This document shows positions 51,049 through 61,519 of a stretch of DNA of 64,000 bases, in pieces (the first letter of the stretch is position 1; the number at the start of each line of letters is the position of its first letter). Origin of the DNA: Myxococcota bacterium. Lineage in GTDB: Bacteria; Myxococcota_A; SURF-8. Made by a program: the position numbers and the translations under genes. The notes beneath the pieces are model-generated. The model saw nothing but the letters and a program-made list of their open reading frames with translations. It ran no database searches and was not told where the DNA came from. The DNA lies in the NCBI GenBank assembly GCA_963674735.2, contig CAXXQS010000001.1:2016001-2080000 (forward strand). The letters are read 5' to 3'.

Positions 51049-51600
51049 ATGAAGTCCAGTTTCAAGACCAACAAAATCTTTATCGAGACCCTGTCCCAAA
51101 CGACGAATTTGTCCTCCGAAAAGACCACAAATTCCAGCCATCGAGCTAAAACGTTTCGAGATAGTGATTTGTTGGTCGAGAAAAGCGGTTTCGGAAGATC
51201 CATAACCGATCCCACTGTTCTAAGCGATCTGACGGGTCGAGAAACCATTCTGATATTCGAAGAAGAGAGCATGGTGCGGCGAATGACCCTCAAATTGTTG
51301 ACTCGCCTGGGTTATAAAGTCTGTATTGCGGCCAATCCCGAACAAGCCGTGCAACATGCACGCCGTTTACCCAAAGTCGATTTGCTGTTGACCAACGTCA
51401 CCCTTGCCGAATCGATCGAGGGTGATGTCGCCGCTCAATGCCGCGAGCTTCATCCTGAAGCCCGAACTCTTTTCACCCCCGGTTATAGTTTAGGTGAAGG
51501 AGAGATAGACTATATTTCAGGGCCGAACCGGGACTTCATCCCGAAACCTTACACGGCACTTGCTCTGGCCAAGCAAATTCGTTCCATGCTGGACAAGTAA
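51049..51600 (+). CDS. Atypical receiver-domain protein (phospho-acceptor Asp appears replaced)
   Basis: GRETILIFEEE...DLLLTNV...KPY, with N at the usual Asp position. Confidence 0.72.
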   Translation: MKSSFKTNKIFIETLSQTTNLSSEKTTNSSHRAKTFRDSDLLVEKSGFGRSITDPTVLSDLTGRETILIFEEESMVRRMTLKLLTRLGYKVCIAANPEQAVQHARRLPKVDLLLTNVTLAESIEGDVAAQCRELHPEARTLFTPGYSLGEGEIDYISGPNRDFIPKPYTALALAKQIRSMLDK

Positions 51601-51842
51601 GCACCGATCGACTTTTTACGATCTTTTACATATTAACCCGTTCCCATACCGAGGCGAATTTTCTACAAGTTGTAACGCTGCAAATCCCCTTCAAAGCGAC
51701 TTACCGGCTGATGCTTACCTATCACGCTCTCACCAACCCATTATTCGCCTCGGTTTTTCTTTTGCTCACACCTCACAACAAGCTATGCTAAGCACGCTTT
51801 TAAGACTCTGCGGAATGATCCGTGCTTATCGGGAGGTGTGTG

Positions 51843-52691
51843 ATGTCCAAACTGCAAAACCAAGTCATTCTCATAACCGGTTGTTCAAGCGGTATCGGCC
51901 GTGCGCTGACGAACGTGCTGGCCGAGCAAGGCCACCGGGTTGTCGCAACCGCCCGCAAACCTGAGAGCATAACCGACCTCGCCGGTGAACATGTCACGAC
52001 AATGGCTTTGGATGTTACGGATCCGGCCTCCATCGAGCGGGCCGTCGGGGCCGTGGTCGAACGCGAAGGCCGCATCGACATCCTGATCAACAACGCCGGT
52101 TTCGGACTGATCGGGCCGGTGGCCGAAGTGGCGCTCTCGGATCTGCGCCTGCAACTTGAAACCAACGTCATCGGACCGGTTGCGCTGATCCAGGCGATCG
52201 TTCCGTGGATGGCCAAGCAAGGTGGCGGGCGTATCGTCAACGTGGGCAGTGTCTCGGGGATTACCGCCACGCCCTTTTCAGGGGCCTACTGTGCCTCGAA
52301 AGCGGCCCTGCACCTGCTTTCCGACGCACTGCGTATGGAACTCAAGCCCTTCAATATCGACGTTCTCCAGCTTCAACCGGGCGGTGTCCGCTCGAAATTC
52401 GGCGATACGGCCTCCACTCGCCTCGATCGCTATCACGACCCCGATTCCCTCTACCGCCCCATCGTCGAAGGCATCGAACAGCGCGCGGGCATGAGCCAGG
52501 GCAGCCCCACCACTACCGAAGACTACGCGGCCGATGTCGCCGGAGTGCTTACACGCAAACGCATCCCGGCCGTTTACCGCTCGGGCCACGGATCGACATT
52601 GATGCCATTGCTGCGCTACACCCTGCCATCCGGTCTGCGTGACCGGGTCATGATGCGCAAGTTTGAATTGAATAAGCTGGGAAAGGGCTGA
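51843..52691 (+). CDS. SDR oxidoreductase
   Basis: TGCSSGIG, NNAG and YCASK motifs. Confidence 0.94.
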   Translation: MSKLQNQVILITGCSSGIGRALTNVLAEQGHRVVATARKPESITDLAGEHVTTMALDVTDPASIERAVGAVVEREGRIDILINNAGFGLIGPVAEVALSDLRLQLETNVIGPVALIQAIVPWMAKQGGGRIVNVGSVSGITATPFSGAYCASKAALHLLSDALRMELKPFNIDVLQLQPGGVRSKFGDTASTRLDRYHDPDSLYRPIVEGIEQRAGMSQGSPTTTEDYAADVAGVLTRKRIPAVYRSGHGSTLMPLLRYTLPSGLRDRVMMRKFELNKLGKG

Positions 52692-52920
52692 AAGGCACCC
52701 AAGCCGGTTCCTTCTCTCGTGTTCAACCCACATGAGAATTGACGAAATTTCATAAGGCGGCCATCGGGCAACGGCGGCAAAATAAATACTTCTACCAGGA
52801 ACAATATTCCGACTAAACCCCGGTTCTGCAGAAGCCATCAGCCCCCATATCATATGACAATATTTTTTCTATCCACCACCTGATTCACTGATCTACTTTG
52901 CTGAAATTTACTCTTGATCA

Positions 52921-54009
52921 TCACCTACAATACATGACTAAATGCGGGAGGTGCTGAGTAAGGTAATTCACAAATCTCCTTTTTCTAAAGCTGAAAAGAC
53001 CTTCAGTTTCTGCCCCACCCAAATTTGCGTATTGAAAACCCGACTTTAATGCTCTCTCAAGTGCAAATAACAATAGAAGTTCGCTACAAGATGGGATTTC
53101 TGGATCTCCAATTTCCGCATATATACCGACAGCAGATGTTGAAATTTTGTCGGAGAAAGAAAGTCCCAATACTTTTCTACTTTGTGTGTCATACATTATA
53201 TAAGCAGATCCCATTTTTCTTTTCTTCTTTGATAGCCCATGTGTGTCATAAAATCGATTAAACTGATCGACATCGTTTAGGAAACACTCATGGCTATCAA
53301 CTAGTTCCTTTCTACACTCGCTTGGATATCGAGCTATTCTTCTATCTGCCCATTTCCTAATAAGAGATGATACGTCTTCTCTATCTTTGTCTGGTTTGTA
53401 CCGTTTAAAACGGACTGACAATTCTCGTTCAGCTGCATGATTAATAAACTTATTGATTTTTCTCCTTATTTGCGCTCCACTAGAACCCCTTGGAACCGGT
53501 ATTCTATAATTATTATCAATCGTATATCCCGTGAATAACGGATTAATCTGAACTATAAACTCGTCATATGTATCATCATCGTGCCTATATTTTTCATCCC
53601 ATCCATCCATTCTTCTGTAACTACTAAATCCTCGCATTCTTAGTATAGCTCTAATATGTTCGCTTGCCTTTTTGATAATCACTCTTTTGAATCCCTTTTT
53701 AAAAAGAGTTTTGGAAAGTGTCGCACAAGAATTTGAAATGGTTTGCGGATTACTTCCGATTGGACGAATTAGAACCACAGTGTCTTTGCAAGTAGGATGT
53801 GAAGTTATCGTAATTAACGTATTGTTTTTCTCATAACATAGCCATATTCTTCTCGCCGCTTGTCGATAATAGCTCCAAGAATTACCATAATCGATTTCAT
53901 TCTCATATATATTAAAATATCTCGTATAAAGTGACCGATCTAAAGGAGAGACTTCTCGAATTCCTTTTACAGATAGAAGCTCAATTATTTTCTCTGGCTC
54001 ATCTCTCAT
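52921..54009 (-). CDS. DUF2156 / aminoacyl-PG-synthase C-terminal-like (GNAT-fold) protein
   Basis: C-terminal GFQYANLGGAETEGLFSFRK resembles the tRNA-dependent aminoacyltransferase fold. AT-rich. Confidence 0.55.
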   Translation of the reverse strand: MRDEPEKIIELLSVKGIREVSPLDRSLYTRYFNIYENEIDYGNSWSYYRQAARRIWLCYEKNNTLITITSHPTCKDTVVLIRPIGSNPQTISNSCATLSKTLFKKGFKRVIIKKASEHIRAILRMRGFSSYRRMDGWDEKYRHDDDTYDEFIVQINPLFTGYTIDNNYRIPVPRGSSGAQIRRKINKFINHAAERELSVRFKRYKPDKDREDVSSLIRKWADRRIARYPSECRKELVDSHECFLNDVDQFNRFYDTHGLSKKKRKMGSAYIMYDTQSRKVLGLSFSDKISTSAVGIYAEIGDPEIPSCSELLLLFALERALKSGFQYANLGGAETEGLFSFRKRRFVNYLTQHLPHLVMYCR

Positions 54010-54031
54010 GATTTCACTCTCGAGTAACCAC

Positions 54032-54832
54032 CTATTTACCGAAGTATACCTCTTTAAACAAGAGTATATCAATTATTTCTATTATTAGGATAACAATACC
54101 ACACGCTCCTAATAAAAATTGAACATCCGCACAATACAAAGATAAAAATATTATTGCCAGTGTTGCTATCACAATATCAAGCAACAACCACACTTTAGCT
54201 AAGTTAAAATGCTCAACCGATTGATCATACATTTGCTGATAGTTATTCTCTCCGGCACAAAGTTTAACAATTTGTCTCTTGTAATAATAGAAAGTATACG
54301 TTAGGTACGAGTTTCGCATTACAAACAACATGGAAGACACAATAAATATCCACAAAAACACCTTAGGCTTGTTAAAATAAAATGATTGAAATGCAAGTGA
54401 TAAGACAACCAATAGCAAAAACAAAAAATCTACAATCCTCTCATTGTATTTTCTTTTTTCAGGCATTTTAGCGTTTTCAATAAAGTCGGAATATAGTATT
54501 TCTTTGTCATAGAAACAAACAAAACCCAAGAATGTCCTTATCAAATTCGAAAAATATATTATGAAAAGTGAGACAAGAAGTAAGCTACTCGAGCCTCCAA
54601 TTTTCTTTACAAACTCGTTTTTGTCTAAACAAGTTGCTTGTAACAATTTTCCAACACAATCACTATCAGAAAATATTTTATCAGCAATTCCACTCCTAAC
54701 CATCTTGCAACAACAACTGGAATAGTCAGCAACGGCCACGCCATTAATACCTTTGACAAACTCAGAAATACCAACTCCCAAACAGATGCCCAATAAGACA
54801 TTAATAAACAATAACATTCCGTCTCTTCTCAT
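54032..54832 (-). CDS. AT-rich multi-pass membrane protein
   Basis: About 6 hydrophobic segments and a GGGG RBS. Lies 22 bp upstream of the DUF2156-like gene. Confidence 0.7.
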   Translation of the reverse strand: MRRDGMLLFINVLLGICLGVGISEFVKGINGVAVADYSSCCCKMVRSGIADKIFSDSDCVGKLLQATCLDKNEFVKKIGGSSSLLLVSLFIIYFSNLIRTFLGFVCFYDKEILYSDFIENAKMPEKRKYNERIVDFLFLLLVVLSLAFQSFYFNKPKVFLWIFIVSSMLFVMRNSYLTYTFYYYKRQIVKLCAGENNYQQMYDQSVEHFNLAKVWLLLDIVIATLAIIFLSLYCADVQFLLGACGIVILIIEIIDILLFKEVYFGK

Positions 54833-54901
54833 ACTAAAACCCCTACCTTTATTTTATTACTACATAACTATTATAATATTTCTTGTCAAGTTTATGGCAA
54901 C

Positions 54902-54933
54902 AAAAAAGCGCGGGGACCACATGGTCCCCGCGC
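54902..54933 (-). terminator. Rho-independent terminator of the acyl-CoA dehydrogenase gene
   Basis: GCGCGGGGACCA-CA-TGGTCCCCGCGC stem followed by T6 on the minus strand. Confidence 0.85.
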
Positions 54934-54962
54934 GTGCGTTCGCGATGAATGAGTGACGTGGC

Positions 54963-56807
54963 TTAGAGCACGACTTCCATCACGCTGTGATCGTCGGCCA
55001 GCATGGTCTTGACCAGGCCGCGATTCGCGGTCAGCAGGTTCAGGTGATAGAACTGAGCCGTCTTGACTTTGGCATCGTAGAACGCCGCTTCGTCGTTGTC
55101 GGCGATCAGCGCTTTCTGAGCCGCTTCGTCGTTCGCATTCTTGTCGGCAAACATGGCCGTCAGTTTATCCTGAGCAACCATCGCCTGCTCGCCCAACAAC
55201 CAACCCATCACGAGGTTACCCATGAAGGTCAGGAACGGGGTGGCCTGCAGCAGCACGTCGATGATCTTGCCTTCCATGCCCTTGCCCATGAAGGTCATGG
55301 CGACGGTCTGCATGTCGCCGAGGCTCTTTTCGAATTCGGCGATGTAACCCTTCGTGCCTTCATGCTCTTTGGCTTTGGCCAGATAGCTCTGCAGCTCGCC
55401 GACAAACGCCATAAACACGGCACCCTTCTTCATGCCCATCTTGCGGCCGACGAGATCCATGGCCTGAATGCCGTTGGTTCCTTCGTAGATGGAGAAGATC
55501 TTGGTGTCGCGCATATGCTGTTCGCAGGGGTACTCGCTGATGAACCCGTAACCGCCGAGAGTCTGGATGGCGAGACGAGTGACTTCGAAAGCGATGTCGG
55601 TGCCGTAGCCCTTGCAGATCGGGGTCAGAAGCTCGATGATACCGGTGGCCAGATCCTTCTCGGGACCTTCTTCGCCGTTCATCATCAAGTCGGCATAGCG
55701 GGCGGTTTTGTACATCAGGGCGCGCATGCCGTGCACATAGGCGCGCTGGGTCAGCAGCATGCGGCGAACGTCCGGGTGCTCGATGATCGGAACCATCGGG
55801 GCGTCGGGGTTTTTGAAGTTTTTGATGTCGGTGCCCTGCAGACGCTCACGGGCGTAATCCAACGCTTCGTTGTAGGCGGCCGCGGCCACCGACAGGCCCT
55901 GCAGGCCGACGCCGAGACGGGCTTCGTTCATCATGTGGAACATGATCTTGATGCCGTCGCCTTCGTTGCCGATCAACCAACCTTCGCAGTTGTCGTTTTC
56001 ACCGAAAGCCAAGGTACAGGTGGAGGAACCCTTGATGCCCATCTTGTGCTCGATACCCACGCACTTCACATCGTTGAATTCGCCGACGCTGCCGTCGTCG
56101 TTGACCAGGAACTTCGGCACGATGAACAGGGACAGACCCTTGACGCCCTTCGGGGCTTCGGGGGTACGGGCCAACACCAGGTGAACGTTGTTTTCGACCA
56201 TATCATGCTCACCGGAACTGATGAAGATCTTCTGGCCGACGATTTTGTAAAAGCCGTCGCGGATTTTGACAGCCTGGGTTTTGTTCGCGCCGACATCGGA
56301 ACCGGCTCCGGCTTCGGTAAGACACATGGTGCCGCCCCAAACGCCGCTGATCATTTTTTCGAGGTACACGGCCTTCTGTTCGTCGGTGCCTTCGTCCATG
56401 ATCAACGCCAACGCGCCATGGGTCAGGCCCGGATACATCGAAAACGCAACGGACGCGCCACAGAAAGCTTCGCTGGCCGCCATGTAAATCAACTGGGGCG
56501 CACCGGTGCCGCCATGCTCCATGGGGATATTCAGACCGATCCAACCGTCCTGGCAGTAAGCGTCATAGGCTTCTTTATAGCCCTTGGGCGTCGTCACGCT
56601 GCCATCTTCGTTGAAGATGCAACCTTCTCGGTCGCCGCTCTCATTCAAAGGCGCAATCACGTCCTTGGAGAATTTGTAGGCACTCTGCAGAAGGATATCG
56701 AAGGTGTCCTTATCGAGTTCGGAATAGGCAGGCAGCTTGAGCAGTGCTTCAGCATCCAGATACTCGTACAGGTTAAAACGATGGTCTCTTTCCTCTACGC
56801 GAAACAT
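54963..56807 (-). CDS. Acyl-CoA dehydrogenase
   Basis: GTMCLTEAGAGSDV, KIFISSGEHD, EHKMGI, MFHMMNEAR and IYEGTNGIQAMDL motifs. Confidence 0.96.
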   Translation of the reverse strand: MFRVEERDHRFNLYEYLDAEALLKLPAYSELDKDTFDILLQSAYKFSKDVIAPLNESGDREGCIFNEDGSVTTPKGYKEAYDAYCQDGWIGLNIPMEHGGTGAPQLIYMAASEAFCGASVAFSMYPGLTHGALALIMDEGTDEQKAVYLEKMISGVWGGTMCLTEAGAGSDVGANKTQAVKIRDGFYKIVGQKIFISSGEHDMVENNVHLVLARTPEAPKGVKGLSLFIVPKFLVNDDGSVGEFNDVKCVGIEHKMGIKGSSTCTLAFGENDNCEGWLIGNEGDGIKIMFHMMNEARLGVGLQGLSVAAAAYNEALDYARERLQGTDIKNFKNPDAPMVPIIEHPDVRRMLLTQRAYVHGMRALMYKTARYADLMMNGEEGPEKDLATGIIELLTPICKGYGTDIAFEVTRLAIQTLGGYGFISEYPCEQHMRDTKIFSIYEGTNGIQAMDLVGRKMGMKKGAVFMAFVGELQSYLAKAKEHEGTKGYIAEFEKSLGDMQTVAMTFMGKGMEGKIIDVLLQATPFLTFMGNLVMGWLLGEQAMVAQDKLTAMFADKNANDEAAQKALIADNDEAAFYDAKVKTAQFYHLNLLTANRGLVKTMLADDHSVMEVVL

Positions 56808-57351
56808 GGCAACTCCTTCCGTGTGCCAACCTATGTCGGCTGATGAGTGGAAACAGCCTGAATCAGGCGTGTCAATACAACAATTCCAGGTTCGTCGCAC
56901 CTCAACGAACCTACCATTACTACTCCTAAGTTTGTCTCCAGGTCAAGAGGAAATGACATTGTGCGCCATCGAATTCTGACTAATTGGTAAGTTTCATTAA
57001 AACTCTCGCGCATCGAGATTTCGATGCAGCCATATCCCATTGTATCCATTGATGTTTTAAAATATGCTGCGTGATTGCGGTTTCGGTGAATGACTATTCA
57101 TTCACAGGTCTATTTCTGTCTTTTTTACGACATTCTGCGAGGTGGATTTGCACATGAATGAGCGCTCAATCACCACAAGACCAACCTGTTTCCTCGCATC
57201 AATATCTGGAAATCCAACCGGCCATTCCAAGTTGGTGTCGACAAGCTCCATCCAAAATCTTGCGCTCATCTGCCCCAGCTGCTACTCTTGGGACGCTTGC
57301 ATGGAATGACACGCGGCAACCGGCTGCGGATATAGGGGAGTCAACCATACG

Positions 57352-60213
57352 ATGATCGGCGATCGCGTCCGGAGGATCCTCCAAAAAGTTTTTCGCATTC
57401 GCCAGGGGGAAATGGAAAAGACCCTCCTGATGGCGGTGTACGCCTTCAATGCTGTGGCGGCCTTCATTATCGGTCGTATTATGAAGGACACCCTGTTTCT
57501 CAATCAGAGCCAGCTATCCTGGTTACCGTATATGTATATCATCGTGGCGGCGGCGGTTAGTAGCGTCACTCTGCTTTACACGCGCCAGATCGCCCGTTTT
57601 ACGCTTCGCGCCATCATCAACACGACGCTTATAGCCATCATCGCCATCTTCCTGCTCTTCCGATACTTCCTGTACTTGCCGCCACAGAACTGGGTGGTCC
57701 CCGCGCTCTATATTTTCGTCGAGGTCATGGGGATTCTGCTGGTCATCCAATTCTGGACCTTCGCCAATGAGTTGTTCAATTCCCGTGAGGCAAAACGGTT
57801 ATTCGGCGTCATCGGCGGCGGTGCCGTACTGGCCAATCTTTATAGTTTCCCGATTCGCAGTTTGAAAGAATATATCGGAATTCCGAATCTGATCTATGTT
57901 TGCGTCCTCTCGATTTGCATCTGCCTGCTGATTTTCAACTACCTGTCGCGCAAATATCACCTCGCCATCACCGTCAAACGGCGAATCCGCTTGCCCGAAG
58001 ACGAGCATCCCCAGATCAACGGCCCCTCGCGACGACAAGTGGTGTTCGGTTCTCTGCAAAAACACATTTTTTCACTGACCATGATCACCATTCTGGTCGT
58101 CACTTTCATCGATTACCAGTTCAAGGTCACCGCCCGGCATGCCTTCAACGGTTCCGAGCTGGCCGACTTCTTCTTTGCCGTCTATGCTTACGGTGGCCTG
58201 TTGGCCTGTCTGACGCAGTTTTTCCTGACCAGCCGCATCTTGGATAAATTCGGGATGTTGGCGGCCCTTCTGGTTCTTCCCGTCCTGCTTTTCTCCGGAT
58301 CCATTTTCACTTTGGGAATAATCGGCTATATCGGCATCACCATTGCCAAAGGGAGTGAACTGGTCACACGCTACACCATTACCGACACCACCACCCAACT
58401 CCTGTACCAGCCTTTGCCGCCCACACGTCGCCGCCACTCCAAGGCCTTCAGCGATGGCGTGATACGACCCTTGGCGCAGGCCATTGCCGGTACGACCTTT
58501 CTGGTGCTGAACATCCTCTTGGCCATCGATCAGCCGGATCGTATTCATCAACTCAGTTGGGCAATTCTCGTGCTGATCATGGTGTGGGTCGGGCTCCTGG
58601 TCTCCACCCGCCAAAAATACGTGGAAGCCTTGCTCACCGCGTCCGACCGCCGGGCCGGGCAACATCGCTACGCCCCGGAAGATGACGAGGCTGCCGGGCA
58701 TTTGTCGCGCACGGCCGTCAAGAAAGCGCTCGCCTCGAATGATGAGTCGCAGATCTTGAATGCTTTCGAAGTATTGCACCTGACCCGCCGCCACAACTGG
58801 GGCGACGCCATCCGTCCGTTGCTGGAATCCGACTCGCCACGCATCCGCGAACAAGCCGTGCAGTTTCTTGGAAAAAGCGGCAATCGCAAGCATTCGAGCG
58901 CAATCCGGAAACGCTTCGCCGATTCGGATATCGGTGTTCGGTCGATGGCGATCCGCCATTTCTGCGCGTTGGAACAGGAACGCGCCGTTCCACAAATCGC
59001 CGGATTCCTTTCCGATCCGCATCCGAAAGTCAAAGCGGCCACCATTTCGGGGCTGATTCAGTTCGGCGGACTCGACGGCATGCTATCCTCGACCGTCGAG
59101 TTAAAGAAAATGCTCGTCGACGAAGATCCCGACGTCCGCCGATCCGGTGCGGATGTGCTGGGATTCATTCGCATTCACAGTTTTTATCATCCGCTGTTCT
59201 CACTCATTAACGACTCCGACCTCAAGGTCCGTCTGGCCGCAATCGACGCCGTAGGCCGTATGGGCTCCACCGAATTGATTCCAACACTCATCCATAAGCT
59301 GCTGGATGAACGCACCCATATTCACGCCAAACAAGCCTTGTCCTCCTTTGGCGAGGCCGTTTTGCCCTATCTGGACGATCTGTTGACGATCCGCTACGGA
59401 GCAACGCGTCTGCGTCTTCACATTCCGACTATTCTGGCAGATATCCCCACGCAACGGTCATTGGAGATGCTGGAAGGATTGATGGACGAACCCAGCTATC
59501 GGCTGCGATCCAGTGCGATTTCAGCCCTGCGCAAACAAACCCTCAAATTGCCTGAAGAAGTCGAACCCAACCTCTACATCCTGCGCCAGACACTGCACAG
59601 CGAGTTACAGTTCTACTTCCAGTTGCTGGTTAATAAGCAAACGGTCGATCGAGCAGGCGATGGATCGCAATTGCTGTCCTCCGCCATGACCGACCGCAGC
59701 GAGGAAACACTCGGCAACGTTTTCACTTTGCTTGGCATGCTTTACCCGCGCGAACAAATCGAGATCGTCTGGTACAACCTTAAAAGCGATAATCCCGGAA
59801 TGCGTGCCAACGCCATCGAAATCATCGATAACATCTGCGAGTCGGAAAGCAAACGCTACCTGCTGCCGATTCTCGATACCATCCCCCTGCACGAAAAGGC
59901 GGAGGCCGGGCAGCGCTTGTTCAAGCTGAACGAACCCGACATCATCAGCCTGATTCGCCAAATACTCGCCGACGACCAAGACGACTGGTTGGCGGCCTGC
60001 GCGATCCATATGGCCGGCGCCTGCGGCTATCGGGAACTTTTGGATGACCTAGCCGCTTTCATCGATCACGACGACCCGATTCTACGCGAATCGCTGCTGT
60101 TCAGCTTGAATCGTCTGCTGGATTCCGATGAGAAAGCCGGTGTATTCGGCAAATTCGAAAGTGAAAAAGACGAACAGGTTCGCCTCTACCTCGACTCGCT
60201 GCAAACCGCCTGA
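57352..60213 (+). CDS. Npt1/Npt2 (ATP/ADP translocase-like, TLC) transporter fused to HEAT repeats
   Basis: QFWTFANELFNSREAKRLFG, FIDYQFK and LLYQPLP motifs, then repeated D..VR..A HEAT units. Confidence 0.88.
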   Translation: MIGDRVRRILQKVFRIRQGEMEKTLLMAVYAFNAVAAFIIGRIMKDTLFLNQSQLSWLPYMYIIVAAAVSSVTLLYTRQIARFTLRAIINTTLIAIIAIFLLFRYFLYLPPQNWVVPALYIFVEVMGILLVIQFWTFANELFNSREAKRLFGVIGGGAVLANLYSFPIRSLKEYIGIPNLIYVCVLSICICLLIFNYLSRKYHLAITVKRRIRLPEDEHPQINGPSRRQVVFGSLQKHIFSLTMITILVVTFIDYQFKVTARHAFNGSELADFFFAVYAYGGLLACLTQFFLTSRILDKFGMLAALLVLPVLLFSGSIFTLGIIGYIGITIAKGSELVTRYTITDTTTQLLYQPLPPTRRRHSKAFSDGVIRPLAQAIAGTTFLVLNILLAIDQPDRIHQLSWAILVLIMVWVGLLVSTRQKYVEALLTASDRRAGQHRYAPEDDEAAGHLSRTAVKKALASNDESQILNAFEVLHLTRRHNWGDAIRPLLESDSPRIREQAVQFLGKSGNRKHSSAIRKRFADSDIGVRSMAIRHFCALEQERAVPQIAGFLSDPHPKVKAATISGLIQFGGLDGMLSSTVELKKMLVDEDPDVRRSGADVLGFIRIHSFYHPLFSLINDSDLKVRLAAIDAVGRMGSTELIPTLIHKLLDERTHIHAKQALSSFGEAVLPYLDDLLTIRYGATRLRLHIPTILADIPTQRSLEMLEGLMDEPSYRLRSSAISALRKQTLKLPEEVEPNLYILRQTLHSELQFYFQLLVNKQTVDRAGDGSQLLSSAMTDRSEETLGNVFTLLGMLYPREQIEIVWYNLKSDNPGMRANAIEIIDNICESESKRYLLPILDTIPLHEKAEAGQRLFKLNEPDIISLIRQILADDQDDWLAACAIHMAGACGYRELLDDLAAFIDHDDPILRESLLFSLNRLLDSDEKAGVFGKFESEKDEQVRLYLDSLQTA

Positions 60214-60405
60214 TCGACCGCCGAAAAAGAAAAAAACGAAAGCGCTGAAATCCACAACCGACACGATTGTCTACCCATAAATCCGCTTGGAACAGGTTGC
60301 ATCCGTATCCAAACTTCCTATAAACGGGTCTAATTGGCGGATAAAGTTGACGAATCGTCGTTGCATGTTTAAAGTTGGGGTCGGCATTCACTCGCATTTC
60401 TGATT

Positions 60406-61503
60406 ATGGAGGCACGCATGTACGTGGTGATTCTGGCCGGCGGATCCGGTACCCGTTTCTGGCCGCTTAGCCGACGCAACCGCCCCAAGCAACTCCTACC
60501 GATCGTAGGCCGACAGTCCTTGCTCACCCAGACGGTGAAACGCGCCTTGCAGTTAAAACCCAAAGGTATCCTGATCGTGACGGGAGCCGACCAGGCCGAA
60601 CTCGTCGAGGCGACTCTCAAGCGTGAAAAGGCGATGGGAGCGGCGGGTGATACCAAACTGGAAATCATCGGCGAACCCCAAGGGCGCAACACCGCCCCGG
60701 CCATCGGGCTGGCGGCGCGGATCATCTCGCGCCGCGAGCGTAAAGGAATCATGGTGGTCCTACCCGCCGACCACTACATCAAAGAAACTAAAAAATATAT
60801 CGGTCTTTTAGAAGAAGCGGTCCAGATCGCCGAAACCGGCTACCTGGTCACGCTGGGCATTCGCACTTCACGCCCCGAAACCGGCTATGGGTATATCCAG
60901 CGTGGGCGTATGCGTGTCCGGCAGGGATTCATGGTGCAGAGTTTCATCGAAAAGCCGAAGCGTCTCAAAGCCGAGCGTTATCATCACGATGCGGAATACT
61001 ACTGGAACAGCGGGATGTTCGTCTGGCGTTGCGATGTCTTTTTGGATGAGCTCAAACGCTACCTGCCCGAAGCTCGTCAGCTTCTGAGCAAACTCCCGGC
61101 CAAGCCGTACGATCACCCCGCCTACGAGCAGAAGCTCGCCGAGATCTACGGCAAAATGCCGGGAATCTCGGTCGATTACGCCATTCTCGAGAAATCCCAC
61201 AAGGTGACGGTTTTACCCGCCCCGATTACCTGGAGCGACGTCGGTAGTTGGCCGAGTTTGCATGATTTGAAGGCCACCTCCACGAACCAAACGGTTTCCA
61301 CCGGCGATCTGCTGCCTCTGAATGGCGTCAATCGCTGTTACGTACAGGCACCGAAAAAGAAGCTCGTTGCCATCGTAGGCGTGGACGATCTGGTGGTGGT
61401 CGATACCGACGACGCCCTGCTGATCACCCGGCTCGACAAAGGTCAGGAAGTTTCTCAGGTCGTGAAAACGCTCAAGAAGCTGAAACGCGACGATCTTCTA
61501 TAG
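60406..61503 (+). CDS. manC: Mannose-1-phosphate guanylyltransferase
   Basis: LAGGSGTRFWPLSR..PKQ, RNTAPAI, PETGYGYI and WSDVGSW motifs. No isomerase domain. Confidence 0.94.
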   Translation: MEARMYVVILAGGSGTRFWPLSRRNRPKQLLPIVGRQSLLTQTVKRALQLKPKGILIVTGADQAELVEATLKREKAMGAAGDTKLEIIGEPQGRNTAPAIGLAARIISRRERKGIMVVLPADHYIKETKKYIGLLEEAVQIAETGYLVTLGIRTSRPETGYGYIQRGRMRVRQGFMVQSFIEKPKRLKAERYHHDAEYYWNSGMFVWRCDVFLDELKRYLPEARQLLSKLPAKPYDHPAYEQKLAEIYGKMPGISVDYAILEKSHKVTVLPAPITWSDVGSWPSLHDLKATSTNQTVSTGDLLPLNGVNRCYVQAPKKKLVAIVGVDDLVVVDTDDALLITRLDKGQEVSQVVKTLKKLKRDDLL

Positions 61504-61519
61504 TCGAAAAGGATGTCCG

